Shown here piece after piece: positions 17,677 to 26,917 of a stretch of 33,479 nt of DNA. Below the pieces are notes generated by a model. It had not been told where the DNA came from and did not search any database. It saw only the letters and a list, made by a program, of their open reading frames with translations. Source of the DNA: Candidatus Hydrogenedentota bacterium. GTDB lineage: Bacteria > Hydrogenedentota > Hydrogenedentia > Hydrogenedentales > SLHB01. The position numbers were made by a program, and so were the translations under genes. The stretch spans positions 1 through 33,479 of the forward strand of contig JAJDAB010000249.1 of NCBI GenBank assembly GCA_029262095.1. Direction: 5' to 3'. How positions within the stretch are numbered: the first letter of the stretch is position 1; every line of letters starts with the position of its first letter.

Positions 17677-18357
17677 ATGACAAACGCTATACCCGAGACC
17701 GAATCCCAGACGACGTTTCTCGCCGTCACGGAGATTTACAAGAGCATCCAAGGTGAATCGACGTGGGTGGGATTGCCGTGCATCTTCGTGCGGCTGACGG
17801 GTTGCCCATTGCGATGTGTGTGGTGCGATACGGCCTATGCGTTTTCCGGTGGCGATGCGATGAGCGTGGCGGATGTCGTAGAGCAGGTAAAGAGCCTCGA
17901 TTGTCCGTTGGTCGAGATCACCGGCGGCGAACCACTCGGCCAGCGCAATTGTGGACCACTCGCGCAGGCGCTCCTGGACCAGGGGTTAACGGTCCTTTGT
18001 GAAACCAGTGGCGCCCTCCCGATCGACCAATTGCCGGACAGTGTGATCAAGATCATGGACCTAAAATGTCCGGGCAGTGGTGAGCAATCGCGGAACGATT
18101 GGAATAACATCGCAAAACTGTCACCGAAAGACGAGGTCAAGTTCGTCATAGCTGATCGCGTGGACTACGAGTGGGCGCGGGACAAGACGCGCGAACTCGA
18201 TCTGACATCGAAGGTCAACGCGGTCCTATTTTCGCCGGCGTTCGGACCTCAAGATCCGCAAGCGCTCGTCAAATGGATTATGGAAGATGGGCTCGACGTA
18301 CGGTTTCAGTTGCAGATGCATAAATTCGTGTGGCCACCTGATACTAAGGGTGTGTAA
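17677..18357 (+). CDS. queE: 7-carboxy-7-deazaguanine synthase (radical SAM)
   Basis: EIYKSIQGESTWVGLPCIFVRLTGCPLRCVWCDT is the canonical QueE N-terminus with the radical-SAM Cys triad. The ATG at 17677 is preferred to 17599. Confidence 0.9.
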   Translation: MTNAIPETESQTTFLAVTEIYKSIQGESTWVGLPCIFVRLTGCPLRCVWCDTAYAFSGGDAMSVADVVEQVKSLDCPLVEITGGEPLGQRNCGPLAQALLDQGLTVLCETSGALPIDQLPDSVIKIMDLKCPGSGEQSRNDWNNIAKLSPKDEVKFVIADRVDYEWARDKTRELDLTSKVNAVLFSPAFGPQDPQALVKWIMEDGLDVRFQLQMHKFVWPPDTKGV

Positions 18358-19026
18358 ATGCGCGTTGAGTTGGTTAAGACGTTTCAGTTCGAGGCGGCGC
18401 ATGCGAATCCGACGGGCAGCGACGCGCAACAACGTACTCATGGACACAGCTATCGTGCGTCATTGCACGTGGACGGCGAATGCGATGAACAACTCGGATG
18501 GCTGATTGATTACGCTGATATCTCCGACGCCTTCGCGCCGTTCTACGATCAACTCGACCATCGCGACCTAAACAAAGTCGAACGCTTGTACGACACGAGC
18601 ACAGAAGGTATCGGCGATTGGATCGCGATACAACTGCGCCCCGAGTTACCGATCTTAAAAGGCGTCGACGTGGAGATTATCGGTGATTGTGTGTTCGCAC
18701 CGAAATCGAATCACGATACCGTCACTTTCACGTTCGAAGCCGCGCACTTCCTCCCCCATCTACCCGAGACGCACAAATGCCGCCGACTACACGGGCATAG
18801 CTTTCGCGTGGAGATTACGGGAGAGGACATTACCACTGAATCCGTACAGGCAATATACGAAGCACTCGATCATCGGAACTTGAACGAAATTCCCGGCCTC
18901 GAAAATCCGACGTCCGAAGTCGTCAGCGGCTGGATTTGGGATCGCCTCTCCCCCGCGATCGCCGGTCTAGACGCCGTCACCGTGGCCGAGACCTGCACGG
19001 CCAAATGCATCTTTCGCGGCGAATGA
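18358..19026 (+). CDS. queD: 6-carboxytetrahydropterin synthase, tandem two-domain form
   Basis: Two PTPS/QueD T-fold modules. The N-terminal half has FEAAH...THGHSY...LDHRDLN. The C-terminal half has [24 protein letters not shown]...[19 protein letters not shown]...[12 protein letters not shown], nearly collinear with E. coli QueD. The ATG directly abuts the queE stop. Confidence 0.88.
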   Translation: MRVELVKTFQFEAAHANPTGSDAQQRTHGHSYRASLHVDGECDEQLGWLIDYADISDAFAPFYDQLDHRDLNKVERLYDTSTEGIGDWIAIQLRPELPILKGVDVEIIGDCVFAPKSNHDTVTFTFEAAHFLPHLPETHKCRRLHGHSFRVEITGEDITTESVQAIYEALDHRNLNEIPGLENPTSEVVSGWIWDRLSPAIAGLDAVTVAETCTAKCIFRGE

Positions 19027-19105
19027 GGCATTAAGGGGATAGCACCCCATCTCGGGCGCGATTCCGCGTATAATCGATTGAGGGCCAATCCGGGGGGAGA
19101 CGCTG

Positions 19106-22099
19106 TTGGCGACTAAGGACGAACTGCGCGCTTTGCGCCTTGAGCTAAACGAACTCGTGGATAAGGCGCGCGTGTTGGCGTCGCGGATCGAGTCGTTGGA
19201 GCAACAGGATCGGCAGAAGGACGCCGATGCCGCGCCAGCCGCTCCTCCGAAACCCAGTTTTGCCACTCCGCCCCCTGCTGGAAGTTCTGCGCCACCGCCA
19301 TTACCCCCAAGGGTAGCGGCGACACCGGCGAAACCAGAATTTGTTTCCGCTCCAACATCGGCGGCGATGGCGTCCACGCCTGTTCGTCCGTCGGAACCCG
19401 CACCGCCTGACGCGAGTGATCGCATTCGCGCGTTTATCGATGCGCGCGTTGACACGAGTCAACAGGGCTGGGAAATTGCCCTCGCGACGTATGTGCTTCC
19501 GCGACTAGGCATTCTAGTCTTGACGATAGCGGTCGTACTTGGACTGACGATGGCAGCCGACAAGGGCGGGCCTGCGACGCGCGTGGCGCTTGGATATGCG
19601 GCGGCAGGTGTCCTGCTCGGACTTGGCGCGTGGCTTGAGTCGCGCTATCAGTTCTACGCGCGCGTTTTGCTCAGCGGCGGTTTTGCGCTCAGTTACTTTG
19701 TAACCTTTGCCACGCATTACATCGAGTATGCGCGCGTCATCGAACAACCTGCGATTACGCTCGCAATGCTAGCGGTCGTGGTCTTTGCGTGGGCGCTACT
19801 CGTGCAGTGGCGACAATCCCGCGCCATGGCGGTACTCGTCACCGCACTCGGCCACCTTACATTCGCCCTGACGGTCTTCACAGAGGACGACCTCGGTAAC
19901 TTCCCCGTCATCGGTTTGCTCATTCTTGCCTCGGGCAGCGCGTTCTTCTTGCTGCGAAATCGGTGGTATTACGTCGCCTTCCTCGGCATCATCGGCAGCT
20001 ACGCCAACCACTTCTATTGGATGGCAAATTCCGAGGGCAACGATCTGCCCTTTGAATTCTGGGCGTCAATGGCGCTCGTTGGGTCGTATTTCGCTATCTT
20101 TGCGTTGTCCGAGTTGTTCTCGCCTGAAACACTTCGCCGTGAACAAGTTCCTACCTGGTTCCGGACCTTTTTCGTCACATTGAACACGGCATGTTTCTTC
20201 GGAATCGCATCGATTCTCATAAACGCATTCTCGTTCACATCAGACCAAGACGATACATTTCGCTACATCTTCGCGATCGTATTATTTGCGCTCGGCTTTG
20301 CGTACTTACATGTCCGTGGAAAAGACCCACTCTACAACGCGTACATAACCAAGGGTGTCGTGATTTTTACGCTCGGCCTCGCCTACACGTTTGGCGACAA
20401 CGCACTGGCCACGTCGCTCGCCGTCGAGGCCGCCGCGCTGCTCGTTTCCGCAAGGCGTAGCGGGCTCATCGTCACACGCGTTCTGGCGTTCGGCGTGGCC
20501 GCAATCGCGTTCGTTGTGGCAGTCGATACACTTTCGACGCAATCGTCGATCGCATACCGCGCGGACGGCTATTCAGCGCTACTCGCGCAGGCTACCGTGA
20601 CCATTCTGTCCCTCTTCCTTATTGCCGTTCTTCACGCGCGCACCGATTGGTCGCGACGCTTACCTGCGCTGTCTTGGCTGTCCGAACCGACGCGCGTGAC
20701 GCTTTCGCGTCTCGACCTCTGTCAGGCTCCGCCGAACGCGTTAGGAACGACGAAGTTTTTGGGCGGCTTGCTCGCGCCGTATATATATGCGATCGCCGGT
20801 GCGTTGTTATTCATCCCATATGTCGACGCATTGGTCCATCACGATCATGCGTTCGCTATCATCGCCGCCGGCGCCCTATTGCTAACCGTAGTCGCAGCGC
20901 TGATCAACGCGAAACCACTCGGGCTGGCAGCAGTGGTGGTCGGGCTTGCCGCGGCATCGATTACGTCATTGCAATGGATGGACATCGCGGCGGGAAAGCC
21001 GACGTTGATCGTGGCCATCGCCGGATTCGCGGCCATTGGGGCAACATCGCTTGCGACGGAGCGTTGGCTACTTCCTAACCGGGATGGCCTATCGTTCCAT
21101 CAATCGGATTGGGGGCCGTATGTCCTTTATGGCGCCTTTGCATTGCCGCTCGGGCTTTATTTCGAGGAAACGTTTCCGGGATTGGAAGGCGCTGCAGCCA
21201 TTGCGATCGCCGCAGCGGCGTTGGCGGGCGCATACCTTGTTCTACACCCAGGCGCGCTCAGCGTGTTCGCGACGGTGCTTTTCGCGTGGGCCGCATTCAC
21301 CTGGCTACGATTTGATGATCCCGAATGGTGGCCGTATTTAGCTGCCGCTCTCATCGTAGCAAGTCTTGTGGGCGACCGATTTTTCGAGTGGACGAAGCGC
21401 GGGTCCCTCACCCAGTTCACGGGCCCCATCATGTTGATTGTCGGTTGGTTTATAGCCTTGCGCCTTGCACAAGTAGAAATGCAAATTTCTTGGCTCGCCC
21501 ATTCCATCATCGGAATTGCGTTCGCGTACATGGTCTACGGCGCGGGATTCCGGTCAATTCCCGGCGCCTCGATATCGTTTCTTAGTGCGGTATTGGGATC
21601 TGGATTCACCGTGTTGTATGCCTTCGAAAACGATTGGGCCGTTGCCCCGATGTCAATCGCGTTCGGCGCCTGCGCCCTCTATTGGGTTGCGCTGGAGCGC
21701 GAAGACGCAATCGCCGGTCGCCGCCTAAACGACCGCGCGGGAATGGCCGTTCACGGAATCTTCATCGCAGCAGCGGTCGCGCTCGGAATTGTCGCATTGG
21801 AACGCGTACCGCAATTCCGGGATTTCTATCTCACCGTAAGTTGGACCGTACTCGCGCTCGTGGTATTCGCTGTCTCGGCAATTACGCGAGAGAAATATTA
21901 CCGTTACGCGGGACTCGCAGTCTTCGCCCTTGTGCTCGGGCGCGCGTTCCTTCACGATGCACTCAACCTGAGTGGCCTGCAACGCGTCGCGGCCTTTGGC
22001 GTACTTGGCGTGGTGCTCCTCATCGTTGCGTTTGGCTACATCTACACTGTCGGTCGGATCGGAAAAGACGAAGAGTCGAGGGAACCGCCGCAAGCTTAA
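19106..22099 (+). CDS. DUF2339-type giant polytopic membrane protein
   Basis: TTG start at 19106 with GGGGGGAGA upstream. N-terminal coiled-coil (ELRALRLELNELVDKARVLASRIESLEQQ), then a Pro/Ala-rich linker, then more than 20 hydrophobic helices. This architecture is as I recall for DUF2339. Confidence 0.8.
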   Translation: MATKDELRALRLELNELVDKARVLASRIESLEQQDRQKDADAAPAAPPKPSFATPPPAGSSAPPPLPPRVAATPAKPEFVSAPTSAAMASTPVRPSEPAPPDASDRIRAFIDARVDTSQQGWEIALATYVLPRLGILVLTIAVVLGLTMAADKGGPATRVALGYAAAGVLLGLGAWLESRYQFYARVLLSGGFALSYFVTFATHYIEYARVIEQPAITLAMLAVVVFAWALLVQWRQSRAMAVLVTALGHLTFALTVFTEDDLGNFPVIGLLILASGSAFFLLRNRWYYVAFLGIIGSYANHFYWMANSEGNDLPFEFWASMALVGSYFAIFALSELFSPETLRREQVPTWFRTFFVTLNTACFFGIASILINAFSFTSDQDDTFRYIFAIVLFALGFAYLHVRGKDPLYNAYITKGVVIFTLGLAYTFGDNALATSLAVEAAALLVSARRSGLIVTRVLAFGVAAIAFVVAVDTLSTQSSIAYRADGYSALLAQATVTILSLFLIAVLHARTDWSRRLPALSWLSEPTRVTLSRLDLCQAPPNALGTTKFLGGLLAPYIYAIAGALLFIPYVDALVHHDHAFAIIAAGALLLTVVAALINAKPLGLAAVVVGLAAASITSLQWMDIAAGKPTLIVAIAGFAAIGATSLATERWLLPNRDGLSFHQSDWGPYVLYGAFALPLGLYFEETFPGLEGAAAIAIAAAALAGAYLVLHPGALSVFATVLFAWAAFTWLRFDDPEWWPYLAAALIVASLVGDRFFEWTKRGSLTQFTGPIMLIVGWFIALRLAQVEMQISWLAHSIIGIAFAYMVYGAGFRSIPGASISFLSAVLGSGFTVLYAFENDWAVAPMSIAFGACALYWVALEREDAIAGRRLNDRAGMAVHGIFIAAAVALGIVALERVPQFRDFYLTVSWTVLALVVFAVSAITREKYYRYAGLAVFALVLGRAFLHDALNLSGLQRVAAFGVLGVVLLIVAFGYIYTVGRIGKDEESREPPQA

Positions 22100-22105
22100 C
22101 TCGAA

Positions 22106-22335
22106 CTCACGCAAAGGCGCTAAGTCGCCAAGAACGCAATCTGCAGATGTGGAAGATAGTTGAATGTCATTCCGACCACTTTGTGTAAGCCGCAGTAGCA
22201 ATAAATAGAAACGCCAACAAGCAATACCTCACGACGTCTCGGATGACGTTCGAGCCTCCTTCTCCCACTACTTATCTGCGCTCATCTGCGTTATCTGTGG
22301 GGAAAACACTCCGCGTCTTCGCGCCTTTGCGTGAG
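22106..22335. repeat. 15-bp perfect inverted repeat pair (CTCACGCAAAGGCGC) bracketing the whole convergent intergenic spacer
   Basis: 22106..22120 is the exact reverse complement of 22321..22335. Similarity extends about 9 nt further inward (6/9). The left copy begins 7 nt after the DUF2339 stop and the right copy 2 nt after the oxidoreductase stop. Confidence 0.7.
22271..22300. repeat. three phased direct repeats CTTATCTGCG / CTCATCTGCG / TTATCTGTGG
   Basis: ATCTG(C/T)G starts at 22274, 22284 and 22293 (spacing 10 and 9 nt). A sister element with ATCCG units and identical spacing is at 31769..31798. Confidence 0.7.
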
Positions 22336-22336
22336 A

Positions 22337-23326
22337 CTAAGAGAGGTCTATCGAGACTGACTGATGCAAGCGAGCGGATTCGTACGCTGCGGTCGTGACT
22401 TCCAGCGCACGAAGGCCATCGAGTGCGGACACCGTCGGTGGTCGCTTGTTTGCGACTGCATCGACGAAATCGGCAACGAGTCCCAGATTGCAGTCGTCTC
22501 CCCAATAGGCCCATTCGGCTTTGACTGCTTCGTCGCTATAGACGTCCAGTTTCTGATTGAAAGCGTCGACGGCGAGCACGCCTTTTTCGCCGATGATTTC
22601 CATGGTGACATCGCCCCACGTGGGGAAACTCGCAGGACGATTCCAACTCGCGACGTGGGATACCATTGTCCCGCCGCTCATTTCCAGATGCAGACTGCCT
22701 ACGTCGTCCGTTTCGATACCTTCACGTAAGAGATTACCGTTTTCACAATAGACGCTTGTGAATTCTTGGCCTAACAGCCAACGCAAAGCATCCGCGACAT
22801 GGACCGTGTGATCCATCGTCGCACCGCCACCCGCCAACGCGGGATCGGCAAACCAGCCGCCGGGAAACTGGCCGTTGTTCGTACATGAGCAGGCGTAGAT
22901 ATCACCCAACTCGCCAGCGTCGATTCGCTTTTTCACATCCATCATCGAGGGAATGTATCGGCACGGAAACGCAGTACCGAGTCCAACGGCGGCCGCGTCA
23001 CACGCCGCAATCATTGCCTTCGCGTCGTCGATGGTCGTCGCGATGGGTTTTTCACATAGGATCCAAAGCCCTGCGTTCGCAGCATTCTCGACCATAGTGC
23101 GATGTTTCACATTTTCGGACGTAATGATGACTGCATCGAGTCCAGTCGCCAAGAAGCCGGCTTGGTCTTCGATGAAATCTACCTCGAACTGCTTAGCAGA
23201 ATCTCTTCCGCGATCAGCTTCGTCGTCCCAAATCGCGGTTAGTTCTGCATCGGGCAGACCGCGCAAACAATCGGCGTACGCAAACGCGTGCATGTGCGCG
23301 AAACTCATGATGCCAACGCGCGTCAT
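22337..23326 (-). CDS. Gfo/Idh/MocA family oxidoreductase (cytoplasmic)
   Basis: Family-typical EKP motif (ILCEKPIATT) and C-terminal alpha/beta domain. ATG overlaps the upstream stop (ATGA). Confidence 0.85.
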   Translation of the reverse strand: MTRVGIMSFAHMHAFAYADCLRGLPDAELTAIWDDEADRGRDSAKQFEVDFIEDQAGFLATGLDAVIITSENVKHRTMVENAANAGLWILCEKPIATTIDDAKAMIAACDAAAVGLGTAFPCRYIPSMMDVKKRIDAGELGDIYACSCTNNGQFPGGWFADPALAGGGATMDHTVHVADALRWLLGQEFTSVYCENGNLLREGIETDDVGSLHLEMSGGTMVSHVASWNRPASFPTWGDVTMEIIGEKGVLAVDAFNQKLDVYSDEAVKAEWAYWGDDCNLGLVADFVDAVANKRPPTVSALDGLRALEVTTAAYESARLHQSVSIDLS

Positions 23327-24300
23327 GATAACGTCACCGGTTGACCCGACTCGGCCGAGTCGATAGCGGCGAGCGCCATGCGAACCGCCCAGCGTGCGTC
23401 GTCGGGCGTTACACGTGGTTCAGATTCACCGTTTAGCCACTTGGCAAAATCGCGCCATTCGCGCGTATATGGACTTTCGTTTACGGGGCTCGCGGGGACA
23501 ATCATGCTCGGACCGCTTTCGGTTTCCCGGGGCATTGCGCTTATCGGCGCGTCTTGACTGTCGTATTGAATCATGCCGCCGCTGCCACACACTTCGGCTT
23601 TCACGCGGAATCCCGCGGGGTGCGCCCACGTGCCGACACTTTGTGCGATTACGCCGCTCGAAAACCGCATCGTTGCCAAGACATAATCGATGAGCAATGA
23701 CGTTTTTCCGGCAAGATTTTGGCTAAAGACGCGATCCGGATCGCCGAAGGCGTACCGCAGCCAATCGAGATCATGAATGAGTAGATCGAGTGTTGCGCCA
23801 CCGCTCTGTTTCGCGTCGCGAAACCACCCCCCGGCGCCCATCGGCGAAATGCCGCCACGATACGTTTTCACAAATCCGACTTTACCAATTTTCCCCGCAT
23901 CAATCTGGGCACGTATCGCCTCGAATTCATGAAAGTACCGAACGACATGGCCGACATAAAGTTTTACGCCATGCTGTTCCGCTGCGGCGATAGCGCGATC
24001 GCATTGTTCTATCGTGCGGCCTAGAGGTTTTTCGCAAAAGATATGCTTGCCCGCTTCGGCTGCGGCAACCACGTAATCCGCGTGTGTCGGCGTTGGCGAT
24101 GCGATACACACAGCATCGATGTCGTCCCGTTGCAACGCTGCCATCGGCTCCGCGACGGCTTCGGCATCAAACTTCTTCGCCAGCGTTTCGGCCGCATCAG
24201 CGGGTTGCGAAGCACAAACGGCCACGCGAAATCCGGCTTCCACCGCACACGTCGCGTGCAGCTCACCCATCATTCCGCAGCCAATTATTGCTATGTTCAT
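23323..24300 (-). CDS. Gfo/Idh/MocA family oxidoreductase (cytoplasmic)
   Basis: MNIAIIGCGMMG Rossmann start at the ATG at 24300, which overlaps the hicB stop as ATGA. EKP motif IFCEKPLGRT. The ORF-track extension to 24378 would overlap hicB. Confidence 0.85.
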   Translation of the reverse strand: MNIAIIGCGMMGELHATCAVEAGFRVAVCASQPADAAETLAKKFDAEAVAEPMAALQRDDIDAVCIASPTPTHADYVVAAAEAGKHIFCEKPLGRTIEQCDRAIAAAEQHGVKLYVGHVVRYFHEFEAIRAQIDAGKIGKVGFVKTYRGGISPMGAGGWFRDAKQSGGATLDLLIHDLDWLRYAFGDPDRVFSQNLAGKTSLLIDYVLATMRFSSGVIAQSVGTWAHPAGFRVKAEVCGSGGMIQYDSQDAPISAMPRETESGPSMIVPASPVNESPYTREWRDFAKWLNGESEPRVTPDDARWAVRMALAAIDSAESGQPVTLS

Positions 24301-24518
24301 GATGAAACTTGGTAGATCGCTGGACGATATCGGGGCGGTGGTATTGGACGACTCTCGGCTTTCGCTACTTCCAGCCATGCGTCCATTGCGATGCGAACTT
24401 CCGCAAGCGCCTCCTCTTGGGTCGCACCAAAGGCAGAGCAGTACTCAAGGTCAGGCACGTCGGCGATATAGCCTTTGTCATCCTCGCTGTAGAAGATGTT
24501 TATGTGGTAATCCCTCAT
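24297..24518 (-). CDS. hicB: HicB-family antitoxin, short form without DNA-binding domain
   Basis: 73 aa. YHINIFYSEDDKGYIADVPDLEYCSAFGATQEEALAEVRIAMDAWLEV is the UPF0150/HicB N-terminal fold signature. No RHH/HTH tail. ATGA overlap with hicA. Confidence 0.8.
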   Translation of the reverse strand: MRDYHINIFYSEDDKGYIADVPDLEYCSAFGATQEEALAEVRIAMDAWLEVAKAESRPIPPPRYRPAIYQVSS

Positions 24519-24769
24519 TCTCCGCCACCTAATCGAAGGTCATACTTTTCAACAAGACGAATTAGCTGCCTGACTTGATAGGGCTTTGCTTGACCTGAAG
24601 CGTCTTGAAGATTCAGCAATTCCTCTACTTCCGGGTGCTTAAATATGGTATGGCTTCCTGACGTTCGCTTTCTCACGAATCCTAGCGCCTCCGCCAAGGA
24701 TACCAGATCGCCAAACCGGATGTTTTGCGAACCGGCCAACGCTTTCTCGAGAGTTTTCTTTGGAGGCAT
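24515..24769 (-). CDS. hicA: HicA-family mRNA interferase toxin
   Basis: 84 aa. ...GFVRKRTSGSHTIFKHPEVEELLNLQDASGQAKPYQVRQLIRLVE matches the HicA/YcfA pattern (GSH..., AKPYQV). Confidence 0.8.
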   Translation of the reverse strand: MPPKKTLEKALAGSQNIRFGDLVSLAEALGFVRKRTSGSHTIFKHPEVEELLNLQDASGQAKPYQVRQLIRLVEKYDLRLGGGE

Positions 24770-24786
24770 CGCGACGTCACATTCTT

Positions 24787-25845
24787 TTATACATTAAATC
24801 TGAACAAGACAATATCGCCGTCCTGCATGATGTATTCCTTGCCTTCCAGCCGCACCGCGCCAGCATCCTTGGCCTTCGCCATCGATCCGCCCTCGATAAA
24901 CGCATCATACGCCACGATTTCCGCGCGAATAAAACCGCGCTGAATGTCGGAGTGAATGGTACCGGCGGCATCGGCGGCCTTTGTCTCTTTCTTAATTGTC
25001 CACGCGCGCACTTCCGGTTCGCCTGCGGTGAGGAAACTGATGAGCCCGAGCATGGCGTACGCCGTCTGAAGGAACAGGGTTTTCGACTCTTCTCCAAGGC
25101 CTAGCTCTTCGCGAAATGTTACTCGCTCTTCGGGCGGCAACTGTGCGACTTCCATTTCCATTGCGCCACACAAAGCGACTAGCGTCTGATCGCGCTCATT
25201 CGCAAAGGAATTGAGGCCTGACGGATCATCTTCCCCGATAGAATCTTCACCATAATTGCCAAGTAACATCAGCGGCTTGCGCGAAAGAAAAGTGTAGCCG
25301 GTAATGAGTTTGTCCTCTTGTTCCGGTAGCTCAAGCGTGCGCAGAGACAACCCTTCTTCAATATGCTCTCGACATTTCACGAGCGTTTCGTATTCGAGGT
25401 CTTTTCGATTTTCCTTTTCCATCCGCTCAATACGATTTTCGATAATCACCAAATCGACAATCTGGAATTCTTCTTCGAGCGATGTGCAATCCCGAGTCGC
25501 GTCGACGGTTTCCAGAGGGTGCATCACGTCGCCATTTTCGAAACAGCGCACGACATGCACCAGCGCGTCGACATTCTTTAGCGTTGTGAGCGCCGCGCTA
25601 TCGAGCGCCTTAGAATCGCCTGCCGATTCGTTGGGCGCAATGTCCAAGAACTGAAATTCCGCATACGTGATTTTCTTGGGTTGGTGAATCTCCGACAGCT
25701 TATCCACTCGTTCATCTGGGACTTTTAGTGCCGCGAGATTGGCGTCGCGCGCTCCAAATGCGCCGACTTGCGCCTGGGCGCCGGTAAGCGCGTTGAATAC
25801 CGTGGTCTTGCCTGATCGGGCGTACCCGACTATTCCGACTTTCAT
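24787..25845 (-). CDS. ychF: YchF-type ribosome-binding ATPase
   Basis: P-loop MKVGIVGYARSGKTTVFNALTG, and the C-terminal TGS/YchF tail IHSDIQRGFIRAEIV...GKEYIMQDGDIVLFRFNV. Confidence 0.88.
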   Translation of the reverse strand: MKVGIVGYARSGKTTVFNALTGAQAQVGAFGARDANLAALKVPDERVDKLSEIHQPKKITYAEFQFLDIAPNESAGDSKALDSAALTTLKNVDALVHVVRCFENGDVMHPLETVDATRDCTSLEEEFQIVDLVIIENRIERMEKENRKDLEYETLVKCREHIEEGLSLRTLELPEQEDKLITGYTFLSRKPLMLLGNYGEDSIGEDDPSGLNSFANERDQTLVALCGAMEMEVAQLPPEERVTFREELGLGEESKTLFLQTAYAMLGLISFLTAGEPEVRAWTIKKETKAADAAGTIHSDIQRGFIRAEIVAYDAFIEGGSMAKAKDAGAVRLEGKEYIMQDGDIVLFRFNV

Positions 25846-25928
25846 TGAATGGGTGCCTGTCTAATTTGAGGAAAGGAGCGGAATGCTATCAGTTTCCCCC
25901 CAGCACAGCAATGCGACATCCAAAAATG

Positions 25929-25958
25929 TTGCCCGCATTGGGCAATGCCAGATAGAAT
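25929..25958 (+). promoter_or_regulatory. candidate sigma70-type promoter for ftsY
   Basis: TTGCCC (25929..25934), an 18-nt spacer, then TAGAAT (25953..25958). The spacer contains the palindrome TTGCCCgcattGGGCAA. AGGAG lies 8 nt before the ATG at 25988. Confidence 0.35.
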
Positions 25959-25987
25959 TCGCGGCTATTTCATCTAGGAGTTTTTAA

Positions 25988-26917
25988 ATGACGGAACAAA
26001 AATCCGGGTTTCTCGGACGCCTTCGCGACCGGCTGGGTAAGACGCGCAGCGGTCTTGTCGATAATGTTAAGCGGGTGTTCGCGGGTCGGACGACCATCGA
26101 CGACGAGGTTTTCGAAGAACTCGAAGAAATCCTCATTCAAGCGGATTTGGGTGTGGACACCGCGTTTGCCATCATCGAGGATATGCGTGCAGCCGTTAAA
26201 GCGGGTAAAGCGCCCGACCCGGAAGCGCTGTATGCGATATTGAAACAAGACCTCACAGAGGCGCTCGGTTCGCCGAACCATGCCCTATTCGCCACGGTGA
26301 CGGACGGGCCTCATGTCACCCTCGTGGCCGGTGTAAATGGGACAGGCAAGACGACATCAACGGGCAAGCTCGCCGCGAGACTCGCGCAAGAAGGTAAGTC
26401 GGTGTTGCTCGGTGCGGCAGATACATTTCGGGCCGCGGCGGTCGAACAGCTTTCGGTCTGGAGTGAGCGTTCGGGTGTCCCCATCATCAAACATCAGGAG
26501 GGGGCGGACCCGGCGGCTGTCGCGTACGACGCTGCGGACGCGGCGGTCTCGCGTGGCGTGGATCACCTAATCATTGACACCGCGGGCCGATTGCACACGA
26601 AGGTCAATCTGATGGAAGAGCTGAAGAAAATTCAGCGTGTCCTGGACAAACGCATTCCCGGTGCCCCGCACGAGGTTCTGCTCGTACTCGATGCTACGAC
26701 GGGCCAAAACGGACTGCAACAAGCGAAGCTGTTCACCGAGGCGCTAAACGTAACCGGCATCATTTTGACTAAACTCGATGGCACGGCGAAAGGCGGCATC
26801 GCGATCGCGGTTCAAAAACAACTCGGCATCCCGATTAAGCTTATCGGCGTCGGCGAAAGTCTTGAAGACATGCAGCCGTTCAATGCGCAGGAATTCGTCG
26901 AAGCCCTCTTCGGCTAG
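25988..26917 (+). CDS. ftsY: signal recognition particle receptor FtsY (short form, NG domain only)
   Basis: [32 protein letters not shown]. Confidence 0.93.
   Translation: MTEQKSGFLGRLRDRLGKTRSGLVDNVKRVFAGRTTIDDEVFEELEEILIQADLGVDTAFAIIEDMRAAVKAGKAPDPEALYAILKQDLTEALGSPNHALFATVTDGPHVTLVAGVNGTGKTTSTGKLAARLAQEGKSVLLGAADTFRAAAVEQLSVWSERSGVPIIKHQEGADPAAVAYDAADAAVSRGVDHLIIDTAGRLHTKVNLMEELKKIQRVLDKRIPGAPHEVLLVLDATTGQNGLQQAKLFTEALNVTGIILTKLDGTAKGGIAIAVQKQLGIPIKLIGVGESLEDMQPFNAQEFVEALFG

Noticed and set aside
18967-19455. 162-aa Gly/Ala-rich minus-strand ORF.
   Set aside because: It is the mirror image of the Pro/Ala-rich linker of the DUF2339 protein. This is a compositional artefact.
22272-22514. 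80-aa minus-strand ORF extending from the oxidoreductase 3' region through the repeats.
   Set aside because: It starts inside the oxidoreductase gene, in a different frame, and runs out across that gene's stop codon into the inverted repeat and the decamer repeats. It is better explained as a repeat element.
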